The notes: generated from the letters alone by a model not told the origin. Counted from the first letter of the stretch, positions 16,593-26,265 are shown. The stretch: 48,682 nt of DNA from a virus (IMGVR_UViG_2511231131_000006:1-48682); one strand, 5' to 3'. Made by a program: numbers and translations.

Positions 16593-18443
16593 ATGTCGAT
16601 TAAACATTACGATGTTATCAGGGCGGCGTCGCCGTCAGACCTTGCGGAAAAGCTGACACACAAACTGAAAGAGGGCTGGCAGCCATACGGCGGACCGGTT
16701 GCCATTACGCCGTACACACTGATGCAGGCGGTGGCTATTGAAGGAGAGCCACAGGTCGGCCCTTCATCTGAGCCGGATTGGTACTACGTCATCGTACTGG
16801 CCGGGCAGTCCAATGCAATGGCTTACGGTGAAGGGCTTCCGCTGCCGGATTCATACGATGCTCCGGATCCGCGCATTAAACAGCTGGCGCGCCGCAGTAC
16901 AGTGACGCCGGGTGGGGCTGCCTGCAGATATAACGATATTATTCCGGCTGACCACTGTCTGCATGATGTGCAGGATATGAGTACGCTGAATCATCCGAGG
17001 GCTGACCTGAGCAAAGGGCAGTACGGCTGTGTCGGTCAGGGTTTACATATTGCCAAAAAACTGCTCCCGTATATCCCGAATAACGCGGGGATCCTGCTGG
17101 TACCATGCTGTCGTGGTGGTTCGGCATTTACCCAGGGCGCGGAGGGGACATTCAGCGAGTCCACGGGGGCCAGTCAGGATTCGGCACGCTGGGGGGTGGG
17201 CAAGCCGTTATATCAGGATCTGATTTCCCGCACAAAAGCGGCATTGCAGAAAAATCCCAAAAACGTTCTGCTGGCCGTCTGCTGGATGCAGGGTGAGTTT
17301 GACATGAGCGCCGCCACCCACGCACAGCAACCTGCGCTGTTTACAGCCATGCTGACACAGTTTCGTGCTGACCTCTCCGTGTTTAACGCGCAGTGCCATG
17401 GTGGCAGTGCTGCAGATGTGCCGTGGGTTTGTGGTGACACGACGTATTACTGGAAAAATACATACGCTACCCAGTACGACACCGTGTACGGCGGGTATAA
17501 AAACAGGGAGAGTGAGGGCGTTTATTTTGTGCCCTTCATGACAGACGGTAACGGCGTCAATACCGCCACTAACGCGCCGGCAGAAGATCCGGATATTCCG
17601 GCATCAGGATATTACGGTGCGGCATCGAGAACGAATGGAAACCAGGTATCATCAAACCGCCCGACACATTTCAGTTCATGGGCGCGCAGGAGCATTATTC
17701 CGGATCGTCTGGCAACCGCTATTCTGAACGCAGCCGGGCGCACCTCAGCCTTCATCAGTGGTAAGGCACCGGAAATCAAACCCTCGCCCGGCGGCAACAC
17801 GCCATCGGGTCCGTCTGCAGATACGTCCGTTCGCACAATCTCCCTGCTGCCGGCAGCCGGAGAGGCTGCTGCGCAGGGCTGGAGCATTAAGGATGGCGGA
17901 ATTCAGTTGTCAGATGGTGTATTTAAGATCACCAAGCAGAGCAATAAAACCTGGTCCCTGACGCATCCGGTGGATGACGCAATTACCCTGCTGACACAGG
18001 GCGGCAGACTGACCTGTAAGTTCCGCCTGTCAGGCGCACTGACCAACAATCAGTTCGGGCTGGGGATTTATCTGTATACGGATGCTCCCGTTCCTGATGG
18101 TGTGGCGATGACGGGTACCGGTAATCCGTTCCTGATGTCGTACTTCACTCAGACCACTGACGGCAGAGTGAATCTGATGCATCACAGGAAAGCCGGAAAC
18201 ACGAAGCTGGGGGAGTTCGGCGATTACGGTAACGACTGGCAGACGCTGGAGCTGGTGTTCACCGCCGGCAGTGCCACGGTTACTCCGAAACTGAATGGAG
18301 TGGCTGGCCCGGCATTCCAGGTTATAAAAGACAGTCTGACACTGGGACTGAATGCGCTGACGCTGACGGATGTTACAAAAAATGCAGCGTATGGCGTTGA
18401 GATAGAAAGTCTGATGCTGGAGATAAATGCACCGGCAGCATAA
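16593..18443 (+). CDS. NanS-p-like sialate O-acetylesterase (DUF1737 N-terminus plus SASA-type esterase)
   Basis: 616-aa ORF in the slot between the tRNAs/stx position and the lysis genes, where Stx phages carry nanS-p. N-terminus MSIKHYDVIRAASPSDLAEKL and GQSN(A)M esterase motif. Confidence 0.7.
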   Translation: MSIKHYDVIRAASPSDLAEKLTHKLKEGWQPYGGPVAITPYTLMQAVAIEGEPQVGPSSEPDWYYVIVLAGQSNAMAYGEGLPLPDSYDAPDPRIKQLARRSTVTPGGAACRYNDIIPADHCLHDVQDMSTLNHPRADLSKGQYGCVGQGLHIAKKLLPYIPNNAGILLVPCCRGGSAFTQGAEGTFSESTGASQDSARWGVGKPLYQDLISRTKAALQKNPKNVLLAVCWMQGEFDMSAATHAQQPALFTAMLTQFRADLSVFNAQCHGGSAADVPWVCGDTTYYWKNTYATQYDTVYGGYKNRESEGVYFVPFMTDGNGVNTATNAPAEDPDIPASGYYGAASRTNGNQVSSNRPTHFSSWARRSIIPDRLATAILNAAGRTSAFISGKAPEIKPSPGGNTPSGPSADTSVRTISLLPAAGEAAAQGWSIKDGGIQLSDGVFKITKQSNKTWSLTHPVDDAITLLTQGGRLTCKFRLSGALTNNQFGLGIYLYTDAPVPDGVAMTGTGNPFLMSYFTQTTDGRVNLMHHRKAGNTKLGEFGDYGNDWQTLELVFTAGSATVTPKLNGVAGPAFQVIKDSLTLGLNALTLTDVTKNAAYGVEIESLMLEINAPAA

Positions 18444-18445
18444 TA

Positions 18446-18740
18446 AAAAAAGCCAGCGACTGACCTGAAAAAGAAGACGCTGGCTAAAAGGCCTTATATG
18501 TTTGTAGAGACTTATTTTTCACAGACAGCAATGATGCCTGTCAATATATTATCAATATGCGGATTGTTTCAGTTACAGATGCCTTATTAAGGAAAAAAAC
18601 AGCCAGCACTGACTTTCGGTGGAGAGGTGCTGGCTCAAAAGGATAGATGTACTTCACATGTTGCTTCTATATGGCAGTACATTTTCTGACAGACAGTGAC
18701 GGATGTTGTCAAGATATTGTGTCATTTATAACCTGAATCA
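18446..18740. repeat. Two diverged tandem ~150-bp units, each starting with a GCCAGC...GCTGGC hairpin
   Basis: Unit 1 about 18446-18590, unit 2 about 18594-18740. Shared blocks AAAAA-GCCAGC...GCTGGCT-AAAAGG ... ACAGACAG ... TGTCAA-ATATT. Confidence 0.5.
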
Positions 18741-18890
18741 GGGGAGGCCGGAATGTTATCTGGCATTTTTAGCAGAGCCTGAATGCCATAATCACGGCTC
18801 CCGGCGTTGGCCGTCAGTGGGTGACACTGGCGGCTTTTTTGTTTTTCTTTACTTTCATTTTCTGTCGGCGGTGACGGAGACATACATCAG

Positions 18891-19097
18891 ATGGAAAAAA
18901 TCACAACAGGTGTGTCATACACCACGTCAGCGGTGGGGACGGGATACTGGTTACTGCAGCTGCTGGACAAAGTCTCTCCGTCCCAGTGGGTGGCAATAGG
19001 TGTGCTGGGAAGTCTGCTGTTTGGCCTGCTGACGTATCTGACAAATCTTTATTTCAAGATTAAAGAAGATAAGCGTAAGGCTGCGAGAGGTGAATAA
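18891..19097 (+). CDS. Holin (phage 21 S / pinholin-like)
   Basis: 68 aa, two TM segments, C-terminal [13 protein letters not shown]. Closely resembles phage-21-type S. Confidence 0.85.
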   Translation: MEKITTGVSYTTSAVGTGYWLLQLLDKVSPSQWVAIGVLGSLLFGLLTYLTNLYFKIKEDKRKAARGE

Positions 19098-19594
19098 TGT
19101 CGCCGTCATTACGCAAGGCTGTTGCAGCTGCTATTGGTGGTGGGGCTGTTGCCATAGCGTCTGTGCTCATCACTGGTCCAGGTGGTAACGATGGTCTGGA
19201 AGGTGTCAGCTACATACCATACAAAGATATCGTTGGCGTATGGACTGTATGTCACGGACACACCGGAAAAGACATCATGCCCGGTAAAACGTATACCGAA
19301 GCAGAATGCAAAGCCCTCCTGAATAAAGACCTTGCCACGGTCGCCAGACAAATTAACCCGTACATCAAAGTCGATATACCGGAAACAACGCGCGGCGCTC
19401 TTTACTCGTTCGTTTACAACGTGGGCGCTGGCAATTTCAGAACATCGACGCTTCTTCGCAAAATAAACCAGGGCGATATCAAAGGCGCATGTGATCAGCT
19501 ACGGCGCTGGACATACGCTGGCGGTAAGCAATGGAAAGGGCTGATGACTCGCCGCGAGATTGAGCGTGAAGTCTGTTTGTGGGGGCAACAATGA
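19097..19594 (+). CDS. SAR endolysin (lysozyme, R21-like)
   Basis: 165 aa with N-terminal signal-anchor [23 protein letters not shown] and glycoside-hydrolase-24-like core. Start overlaps the holin stop. Confidence 0.85.
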   Translation: MSPSLRKAVAAAIGGGAVAIASVLITGPGGNDGLEGVSYIPYKDIVGVWTVCHGHTGKDIMPGKTYTEAECKALLNKDLATVARQINPYIKVDIPETTRGALYSFVYNVGAGNFRTSTLLRKINQGDIKGACDQLRRWTYAGGKQWKGLMTRREIEREVCLWGQQ

Positions 19595-20058
19595 GCAGGG
19601 TAACCGTTATTATCTCCGCTCTGGTTATCTGCATTATCGCCTGCCTGTCATGGGCTGTTAATCATTACCGCGATAACGCCATTACCTACAAAGCGCAACG
19701 CGATAAAAAAGCCAGTGAGCTGAAGCTGGCGAACGTGACAATTACTGATATGCAGGTACGCCAGCGTGATGTCGCTGCACTTGATGCCAGATACTCGAGG
19801 GAATTAGCCGATGCGAGAGCTGAAAATGAAACTCTGCGTGCTGATGTTGCCGCTGGTCGTAAGCGCCTGCGCATCAACGCCAACTGTCCAGGCTCCTTGC
19901 GTAAAGCCCCCATCACCTCCGGCGTGGGTAATGCAACCGGTCCCCGACTGGCAGAAGCCGCTGAACGGGATTATTTCATCCTCAGAGAACGGCTGATGGC
20001 AATGCAGAAGCAACTGGAAGGAGCACAGGAATATATCCGTACCCAGTGTATACCGTGA
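19591..20058 (+). CDS. Spanin inner-membrane subunit Rz (i-spanin)
   Basis: ATG overlaps the endolysin stop (ATGA). N-terminal TM segment then coiled coil. The track ORF starts at an upstream GTG (19579). Confidence 0.75.
   Translation: MSRVTVIISALVICIIACLSWAVNHYRDNAITYKAQRDKKASELKLANVTITDMQVRQRDVAALDARYSRELADARAENETLRADVAAGRKRLRINANCPGSLRKAPITSGVGNATGPRLAEAAERDYFILRERLMAMQKQLEGAQEYIRTQCIP
19826..19996 (+). CDS. Spanin outer-membrane lipoprotein subunit Rz1 (o-spanin), embedded in Rz
   Basis: +1-frame ORF inside Rz. [15 protein letters not shown] lipobox (LVVSAC) and Pro-rich mature part. Confidence 0.7.
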   Translation: MKLCVLMLPLVVSACASTPTVQAPCVKPPSPPAWVMQPVPDWQKPLNGIISSSENG

Positions 20059-20523
20059 TGTTTTGTTATGAAGGTGTTACTGGTAACATTAAGGTAATTT
20101 AACAAAGAGTCAGTTCCGGACTTTATAGTGTGCTCAGTTCATGGCCAAAAACGATTTCTGTGATAAATATTTTGAATATTATTTACAGGTAAATGGAGTG
20201 GGGCGCATGGATAGAAATATTACAATAGAGTATGAAGTATATGCCCGTATTGTATGGGCAGAGAAGGCAAAAACACGGTAATTCCGTGTGTTGCCATGAT
20301 ACCTGATTGGCAGAATAGTTGTTTGGTTTTGAGTATATAGTCAGCGTTTTTTGTTCAGTAATTGCCCCCTCAAAAAATAATAAAATAAGGTGATTATTTT
20401 TGTTTATTATTTAGTTTTTTTTGTGTGTTATTTTATTGTTTTTGCGTGGTTTGTTTTTTATTGTTATTTCATTAAGGGAAGGTAAATTCAGGATGGCAGT
20501 CTGTAGATAATCGGAGGTCACTT

Positions 20524-20838
20524 ATGCTACATGATCACGTGGCAGAATGTCTGGAGAAAAAAGGACTGTACCGGAGAGCAGCTGAACGATGGGCAAAAGT
20601 GATGGTACAGCTAAGTGATGACCAGAAAAGAAAAGTGGCGGCACAGAAACGAGCAGAGTGTTTGCGTAAGGCGCGCCGGACTCCGGTTTCACCGGTGAAC
20701 CTGACCGAAATAAAACAAGCGGTCAACAGACTACATTCTGAGTTGGGAATGGGATTTGAAGAGCGGCGGGTATTCCGACGATATAAAGGGACAGGAGAAC
20801 AGAATACGTCCGGAAACGCGCGGTCAAAAAAATGCTAA
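20524..20838 (+). CDS. PerC/Pch-family-like small transcriptional regulator (alternatively ANR-like)
   Basis: 104-aa basic protein with LEKKGLYRRAAERWAKVM motif recalled from PerC-type activators. Preceded by a T-rich low-complexity region. Confidence 0.45.
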   Translation: MLHDHVAECLEKKGLYRRAAERWAKVMVQLSDDQKRKVAAQKRAECLRKARRTPVSPVNLTEIKQAVNRLHSELGMGFEERRVFRRYKGTGEQNTSGNARSKKC

Positions 20839-20919
20839 AAAATATCTGAGAGAGTTATTGCCTGTTACCATAAGAAAAAGCGACTTTAGTGGTCGCTTTT
20901 TGTGTCATATATAAGTCGT

Positions 20920-21144
20920 TTAAGTAAACCTGTCTGAACAGGTGCTCTGGTCGTGTTTGTCTTTGTTGGGTACAAATTGAGAATATTTTTCATTAATTAA
21001 TCTTCTTCTGCAGGCTTCAATAACCCACGCTGAAAAATTACCTGAACCTTTCTGGTCAAGAGCGATGTTAATTTGTTCAATCATCTGGTTTGGAAATCGG
21101 ATGTTGCGGGTTGTTGTTCTGCGGGTCCGGTTTTTCGGTGACAT
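20920..21144 (-). CDS. Hypothetical small DNA-binding protein
   Basis: 74-aa ORF with very basic N-terminus RTRRTTTRNIRFPNQMIEQINIALDQKG, suggesting a ribbon-helix-helix-like fold. Confidence 0.35.
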   Translation of the reverse strand: MSPKNRTRRTTTRNIRFPNQMIEQINIALDQKGSGNFSAWVIEACRRRLINEKYSQFVPNKDKHDQSTCSDRFT

Positions 21145-21185
21145 TTTCTTTCCTCTGGTGACAAGCTATATGGCGAGGATTTTAC

Positions 21186-21716
21186 ATGGCCGTGCTTCGT
21201 ACGTTACCGGGCAGAATCAAAACTCTGAATACCCGGCGGGTGAATGTCCTGAAGGGTGAACAGCGTCGGGTCAGTGGCAGTGCCCGGGTTTCCCTCAAGC
21301 GTCGTATCTGGCTGAGGGATGCCGGACAGTGCTGTCTCTGTGGGCGTGTGGTTGACCTTTGTGACAGTGAACTCGATCACCGCATTGCACTTCAGTTCGG
21401 TGGTGGTAATGAGGAGACGAATCTCTGGACGCTCTGTACCGAATGCCATCGCCAGAAGTCAGTCAGTGAAACGGCGAGTGGTATGCCGGACCCGACGCTG
21501 CCGGAGGTCATGGCAGGGCAGACGATATCATCGGACTGTGACCCGCCCCGGGGGGGGGATCATCCGGCGAAAAAAACGATCGCCCCGGACACCGCCCCCC
21601 GTCTCATGCAGAGAAAAAATTCCTGTTTCAGGCCAGTTAACATGTTAACTGGCTGCCCGGGCATTTTTTCGGTTTTTATCTTTATTATTCAGTTTGTTGT
21701 GCGAAAAAAATGTTAA
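21186..21716 (+). CDS. HNH endonuclease (packaging-associated); C-terminal extent uncertain
   Basis: HNH motif CCLCGRVVDLCDSELDHRIALQFGGGNEETNLWTLCTECHRQKS. The ORF runs through a G9 homopolymer (21550-21558) into the cos-like region, so the distal about 60 codons may not be real. Confidence 0.55.
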   Translation: MAVLRTLPGRIKTLNTRRVNVLKGEQRRVSGSARVSLKRRIWLRDAGQCCLCGRVVDLCDSELDHRIALQFGGGNEETNLWTLCTECHRQKSVSETASGMPDPTLPEVMAGQTISSDCDPPRGGDHPAKKTIAPDTAPRLMQRKNSCFRPVNMLTGCPGIFSVFIFIIQFVVRKKC

Positions 21717-21761
21717 CTGGCTTTTTCAGCAAATGTTAACCAGGCAGCAGTTAACATTTGC
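21633..21761. promoter_or_regulatory. Candidate cos / terminase recognition region (GTTAAC-centred palindromes)
   Basis: Perfect 20-bp palindrome CCAGTTAACATGTTAACTGG (21633-21652); AAATGTTAACTGGC (21707-21720); inverted repeat GCAAATGTTAAC-9nt-GTTAACATTTGC (21729-21761). Sits immediately upstream of terS. Confidence 0.35.
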
Positions 21762-21831
21762 GGCATGAGACGCCGGGAAAAATGGGCTGAACCATACCCG
21801 GCTGAGTGCGTTATGGACCCGGGAGGAGGCT

Positions 21832-22395
21832 GTGCTGACAACGCAAAAACGAAAATTTGCGCTGGCGCTCATGTCCGGGAAAAACAAAACAGCGTCAGCC
21901 CTTGCCGCCGGTTATTCGGCGAAGACCGCCAGGATTAAAGGCTCGCAGCTGGCAAAAGATCCGGAGGTGCTCGCGTTTATAGCCCGTAAACAGTGCGAAA
22001 CGGTGGAGGTGGATGAGGTTCCTGTTTACCGGCAGAAAAAATCAGAGCAGGAGGATAAACCCCGTCGCCGTGAGGTGGCTGCAATACCACAGCCGGACGA
22101 AACAAATCCGGAGATGCCTCCGCCCGCGGTGATATCTCATGGTATTGAATATATGGAGGATGGTCTTCCCGATCCGGTGAAAGCTATGGGGCAGATCCTG
22201 GTGGAAAACCTGATAATTGACCCGAAACTGGCACTGGATGCGGCCTGGCGACTGGCGCAGTTCACACACCATAAAAAAGGCGATGCCGGTAAAAAATCGG
22301 CAAAAGGTGATGCCGCGAAAAAAGCGGCTAACCGTTTTTCGGTGCCACCATCTCCCCGACTGGTGGTGAATAACCAGAATGAGGAAAGCGGATGA
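21832..22395 (+). CDS. Terminase small subunit
   Basis: 187 aa with GTG start after GGAGGAGG. N-terminal HTH-like segment, directly upstream of and overlapping terL. Confidence 0.65.
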   Translation: MLTTQKRKFALALMSGKNKTASALAAGYSAKTARIKGSQLAKDPEVLAFIARKQCETVEVDEVPVYRQKKSEQEDKPRRREVAAIPQPDETNPEMPPPAVISHGIEYMEDGLPDPVKAMGQILVENLIIDPKLALDAAWRLAQFTHHKKGDAGKKSAKGDAAKKAANRFSVPPSPRLVVNNQNEESG

Positions 22396-24053
22396 TACCT
22401 GTATGGAGCACGGCATGTCCGGACTGGGCAGAGCGCCTGAAAAAGGGACTGTCGATTATTCCGGCTCCGATTTATCCGGACCAGGCTGCACATGCACTGG
22501 CGATTTTTAAACAACTGCGGATTGTGGATGCACCGGGTAGCCCGACGTTCGGGGAGTCCTGCGCACAGTGGGTGTTTGACCTGGTGGCGGCCCTGTTTGG
22601 CTCCTATGATGCGCAGACCGGTGTACGCCATATCAAGGAAGTTTTTATCCTTATCCCCAAGAAAAACAGTAAGTCCACGCTGGCCGCGGGGATCATGATG
22701 ACGGCGCTGTTACTGAACTGGCGGCAGGCGGCGGGCTACACCATTCTGGCCCCGACCGTGGAGGTGGCGGCTAACGCCTTCAACCCTGCCAGGGATATGG
22801 TACGACGGGACGATGATCTGGATGACCTCTGTCAGGTGCAGACACATATCCGGACCATCACCCATCGGGTGACGGACACCACCCTGAAGGTGGTGGCAGC
22901 CGATCCGAATACGGTGTCCGGTATCAAGTCCGTGGGGACACTGATTGATGAACTGTGGCTGTTTGGCAAGCAGTACAAAGCGGAAGACATGCTACGTGAA
23001 GCCATCGGCGGGCTTGCCTCCCGTCCGGAAGGATTTGTGGTGTACACAACCACCCAGTCGAATGAACCGCCTGCCGGGGTGTTCAGACAGAAACTGCAGT
23101 ACGCCCGGGATGTCCGTGACGGCAAAATTCATGATCCGCACTTTCTGCCGGTGATTTTTGAGCATCCTCCTGAAATGGTGGAAAGCGGGGCTCACCTGCT
23201 GATGGAAAACCTCGCCATGGTTAACCCGAATCTCGGTTATTCGGTGGATGAGGCTTTTCTGTACCGGGAGTACCGTAAAGCCCGGGAGGCTGGTGAGGAA
23301 GCATTTCGTGGCTTCATGTCAAAACACGCCAATGTGGAAATCGGTCTTGCCCTGCGTTCTGACCGCTGGGCGGGCGCGGATTTCTGGGAGCAGCAGGGCA
23401 GGCGCGTCAGCCTGGACGATATCCTGCAGCGCGCTGATGTGGTGACGGTGGGGATTGACGGCGGGGGCCTGGATGATCTGCTGGGAATGTACGTGATTGG
23501 CCGTGACAGGGAAACCCGCGAATGGCTGGGCTGGGGCCATGCCTGGGTGCATGAAACCGCGGTGGTCAGACGGAAGAGTGAGGCATCCCGGTTTCAGGAT
23601 TTTGTGGCCTGTGGAGACATGACGATTGTCCGTCGGGTCGGGGATGACACGGCGGAAGTGGCGGAGTATGTGCGTCGTATTCATGAGGCTGAGTTACTGG
23701 ATCATATCGGTATTGACCCGTCAGGTGTGGGGCAGATTCTGGATTCACTGGCGGAAGCCGGGATCCCCGATGAGAGTGTGGTGGGGATAAGCCAGGGCTG
23801 GAAGCTGGGCGGGGCCATCAAAACCACCGAGCGCAAACTGGCTGAGGGAGTGCTGGTGCATGGTGGTCAGCCACTGATGGCCTGGTGCGTTGGCAATGCC
23901 CGGGTGGAGCCTAAAGGTAACGCCATTCTTATCACCAAACAGGCCAGCGGACGGGGAAAAATTGACCCGCTGATGGCGCTCTTCAATGCGGTGTCCCTGA
24001 TGTCCCTGAATCCGGAACCGAAAAAGAAAGCGTATGAGGTTTTTTTCATATAA
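22392..24053 (+). CDS. Terminase large subunit
   Basis: 553 aa with ATPase-like N-terminal region and nuclease-like C-terminal region (VGIDGGGLDD, IGIDPSGVG). Confidence 0.85.
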   Translation: MIPVWSTACPDWAERLKKGLSIIPAPIYPDQAAHALAIFKQLRIVDAPGSPTFGESCAQWVFDLVAALFGSYDAQTGVRHIKEVFILIPKKNSKSTLAAGIMMTALLLNWRQAAGYTILAPTVEVAANAFNPARDMVRRDDDLDDLCQVQTHIRTITHRVTDTTLKVVAADPNTVSGIKSVGTLIDELWLFGKQYKAEDMLREAIGGLASRPEGFVVYTTTQSNEPPAGVFRQKLQYARDVRDGKIHDPHFLPVIFEHPPEMVESGAHLLMENLAMVNPNLGYSVDEAFLYREYRKAREAGEEAFRGFMSKHANVEIGLALRSDRWAGADFWEQQGRRVSLDDILQRADVVTVGIDGGGLDDLLGMYVIGRDRETREWLGWGHAWVHETAVVRRKSEASRFQDFVACGDMTIVRRVGDDTAEVAEYVRRIHEAELLDHIGIDPSGVGQILDSLAEAGIPDESVVGISQGWKLGGAIKTTERKLAEGVLVHGGQPLMAWCVGNARVEPKGNAILITKQASGRGKIDPLMALFNAVSLMSLNPEPKKKAYEVFFI

Positions 24054-24116
24054 CCCTGCTCACCCTGTAACCATCATGAACCGCTGCGGCGGTTTTTTTA
24101 TTTTCAGGAGGCTGAT

Positions 24117-26054
24117 GTGACTCTTAAACGGGCCTGTTCCCTGCTGACGGTGAAATCCTTCAGTGAGGATGAACGGGTGATCACCGGGATTGCGTCAACG
24201 CCTTCTCCGGATCGGGATGGTGACATCCTGGAGCCGGAGGGGGCGGAGTTTGGCAGTGCGATCCCGTTTCTCTGGCAGCATGACTATTCCCGTCCGGTGG
24301 GCCAGTGTACGGTACGCCGGGTCAGTGAAGGTCTGGAAATCACGGCAACACTGGTGAAGCCCGTACCGGATATGCCGTCGCAGCTGGCTGCCCGGCTGGA
24401 TGAAGCCTGGGCTGCCATTAAGACCGGGCTGGTCAGGGGGCTTTCTGTGGGCTTCCGGCCCCATGAATACACTTATCTGGACGGAGGCGGACTGCATTTT
24501 CTGCGCTGGGAACTGATGGAGGTGTCTGCCGTCACCGTGCCCGCGAATGCGGAATGCACCATCCGGACCATTAAATCTTTCGGCAGCCCGTTTTCTGCCG
24601 CGTCCGGCAACCGGAGACCGGTGGTGAAAATCGCATCTTCTGCCGGCGCTTCGGCACAGTCAATAACCTCTTTTCATAAGGAAAAGTCAGCAATGAATAC
24701 TGGTGAACAGATTAAAAGTTTTGAAAACAAGCGTGCGGCGCTGGCAGCCTCCCTTGAGGAGATCATGAACAAAGCCGCAGAGGAAGGCCGCACACTGGAT
24801 GTGGAAGAGGAAGAGCACTACGACAACACCGCAGCGGAAATCCGTCAGGTGGATGCGCACCTGAAGCGTCTGCGTGAACTGGAAACCAGTAAGGCCGCCA
24901 CGGCACAGCCGGTGAAACAGGCCGGTAACGGGAATGTGGCCACGGTGGCTTCAGCGCCGGTGATCTGTGTTGAGCAGAAACTGGAGAAGGGGATTGGTTT
25001 CGCCCGCTTTGCCAAATCACTGGCCGCGGCTAAAGGTGTCCGCTCTGAAGCCCTGGAAGTGGCCCGTCGTCAGTATCCGGATGACAGTCGTCTGCATCAT
25101 GTCCTGAAATCGGCGGTGGGGGCAGGGACCACCACGGACCCACAGTGGGCAGGCAGCCTGTCTGAATATCAGGAATATGCGCAGGACTTTATTGATTACC
25201 TGCGTCCGCAGACCATTATCGGGCGATTTGGTCAGGGCGGGATCCCTGCACTTCGTCTGGTGCCGTTCAATATCCGCGTGCATGCCCAGGTGTCCGGCGG
25301 TGCTGCCGGCTGGGTGGGGGAGGGTAAGGCCAGACCCCTGACGAAGTTTGATTTTGAGTCCATCACCTTCAGTCATGCGAAGGTGTCGGCCATTGCGGTA
25401 CTGACGGAAGAGCTGATCCGCTTTTCCAGTCCGGCAGCTGATGCACTGGTCCGTAATGCGCTGGCAGAAGCGGTGGTGGCGCGTCTGGACACAGACTTTG
25501 TGGACCCGAAAAAAGCTGCAGTGGCAGATGTCTCCCCGGCGTCCATCACCCATGATGTGAAGGGCACGGCATCAACCGGTAACCCGGATGCGGATGCCGA
25601 GGCCGCGTTTGGCCAGTTTGTGACGGCAAATCTGCAGCCCACTGGTGCTGTCTGGCTGATGTCCAGCACGAATGCCCTGGCGCTGTCCATGCGTAAAAAT
25701 GCGCTGGGTCAGAAGGAATATCCGGACATGACCCTGCTGGGCGGGACCTTTCAGGGGCTTCCGGTGATTGTCTCCCAGTATGTGGGTGACCAGCTGGTAC
25801 TGGTGAATGCACCGGATATTTATCTGGCGGATGACGGCGGTGTGGCAGTGGATATGTCCCGTGAAGCGTCACTGGAAATGCAGTCTGAGCCGGGCGGCGA
25901 CAGCACCACACCGTCGCCGGTGGAGCTGGTTTCCATGTTCCAGACCGGCAGCGTGGCCATCCGTGCGGAGCGCTGGATCAACTGGCGTCGTCGCCGTACT
26001 GCGGCGGTGGCTGTGATCACCGGTGTGAACTACGGCAGTGCGTCCGGCGGCTGA
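24117..26054 (+). CDS. Fused prohead protease (HK97 family) - scaffold-like linker - major capsid protein
   Basis: 645 aa with GTG start after AGGAGG. N-terminal ~150 aa protease-like, a coiled-coil acidic linker, then an HK97-fold-like capsid region. Confidence 0.75.
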   Translation: MTLKRACSLLTVKSFSEDERVITGIASTPSPDRDGDILEPEGAEFGSAIPFLWQHDYSRPVGQCTVRRVSEGLEITATLVKPVPDMPSQLAARLDEAWAAIKTGLVRGLSVGFRPHEYTYLDGGGLHFLRWELMEVSAVTVPANAECTIRTIKSFGSPFSAASGNRRPVVKIASSAGASAQSITSFHKEKSAMNTGEQIKSFENKRAALAASLEEIMNKAAEEGRTLDVEEEEHYDNTAAEIRQVDAHLKRLRELETSKAATAQPVKQAGNGNVATVASAPVICVEQKLEKGIGFARFAKSLAAAKGVRSEALEVARRQYPDDSRLHHVLKSAVGAGTTTDPQWAGSLSEYQEYAQDFIDYLRPQTIIGRFGQGGIPALRLVPFNIRVHAQVSGGAAGWVGEGKARPLTKFDFESITFSHAKVSAIAVLTEELIRFSSPAADALVRNALAEAVVARLDTDFVDPKKAAVADVSPASITHDVKGTASTGNPDADAEAAFGQFVTANLQPTGAVWLMSSTNALALSMRKNALGQKEYPDMTLLGGTFQGLPVIVSQYVGDQLVLVNAPDIYLADDGGVAVDMSREASLEMQSEPGGDSTTPSPVELVSMFQTGSVAIRAERWINWRRRRTAAVAVITGVNYGSASGG

Positions 26055-26265
26055 GTCTGATGAGGAGGGCGGGAGGTGAGAGCGTCCCGCAGTAACTGAT
26101 GGCAAAAATCCGATATCTGCAGGGTACACATGATGCCCGGCCCGGGGATATCCGGGATGTCGCACAGCCGTGTGCGGAGGTGCTGGTTCGCCTGGGAAAG
26201 GCGGAGTACATCACAGCGCGACGTCCGGCGGGTCAGAAAAAGAAACATGATGCGGAGCATAGCGA

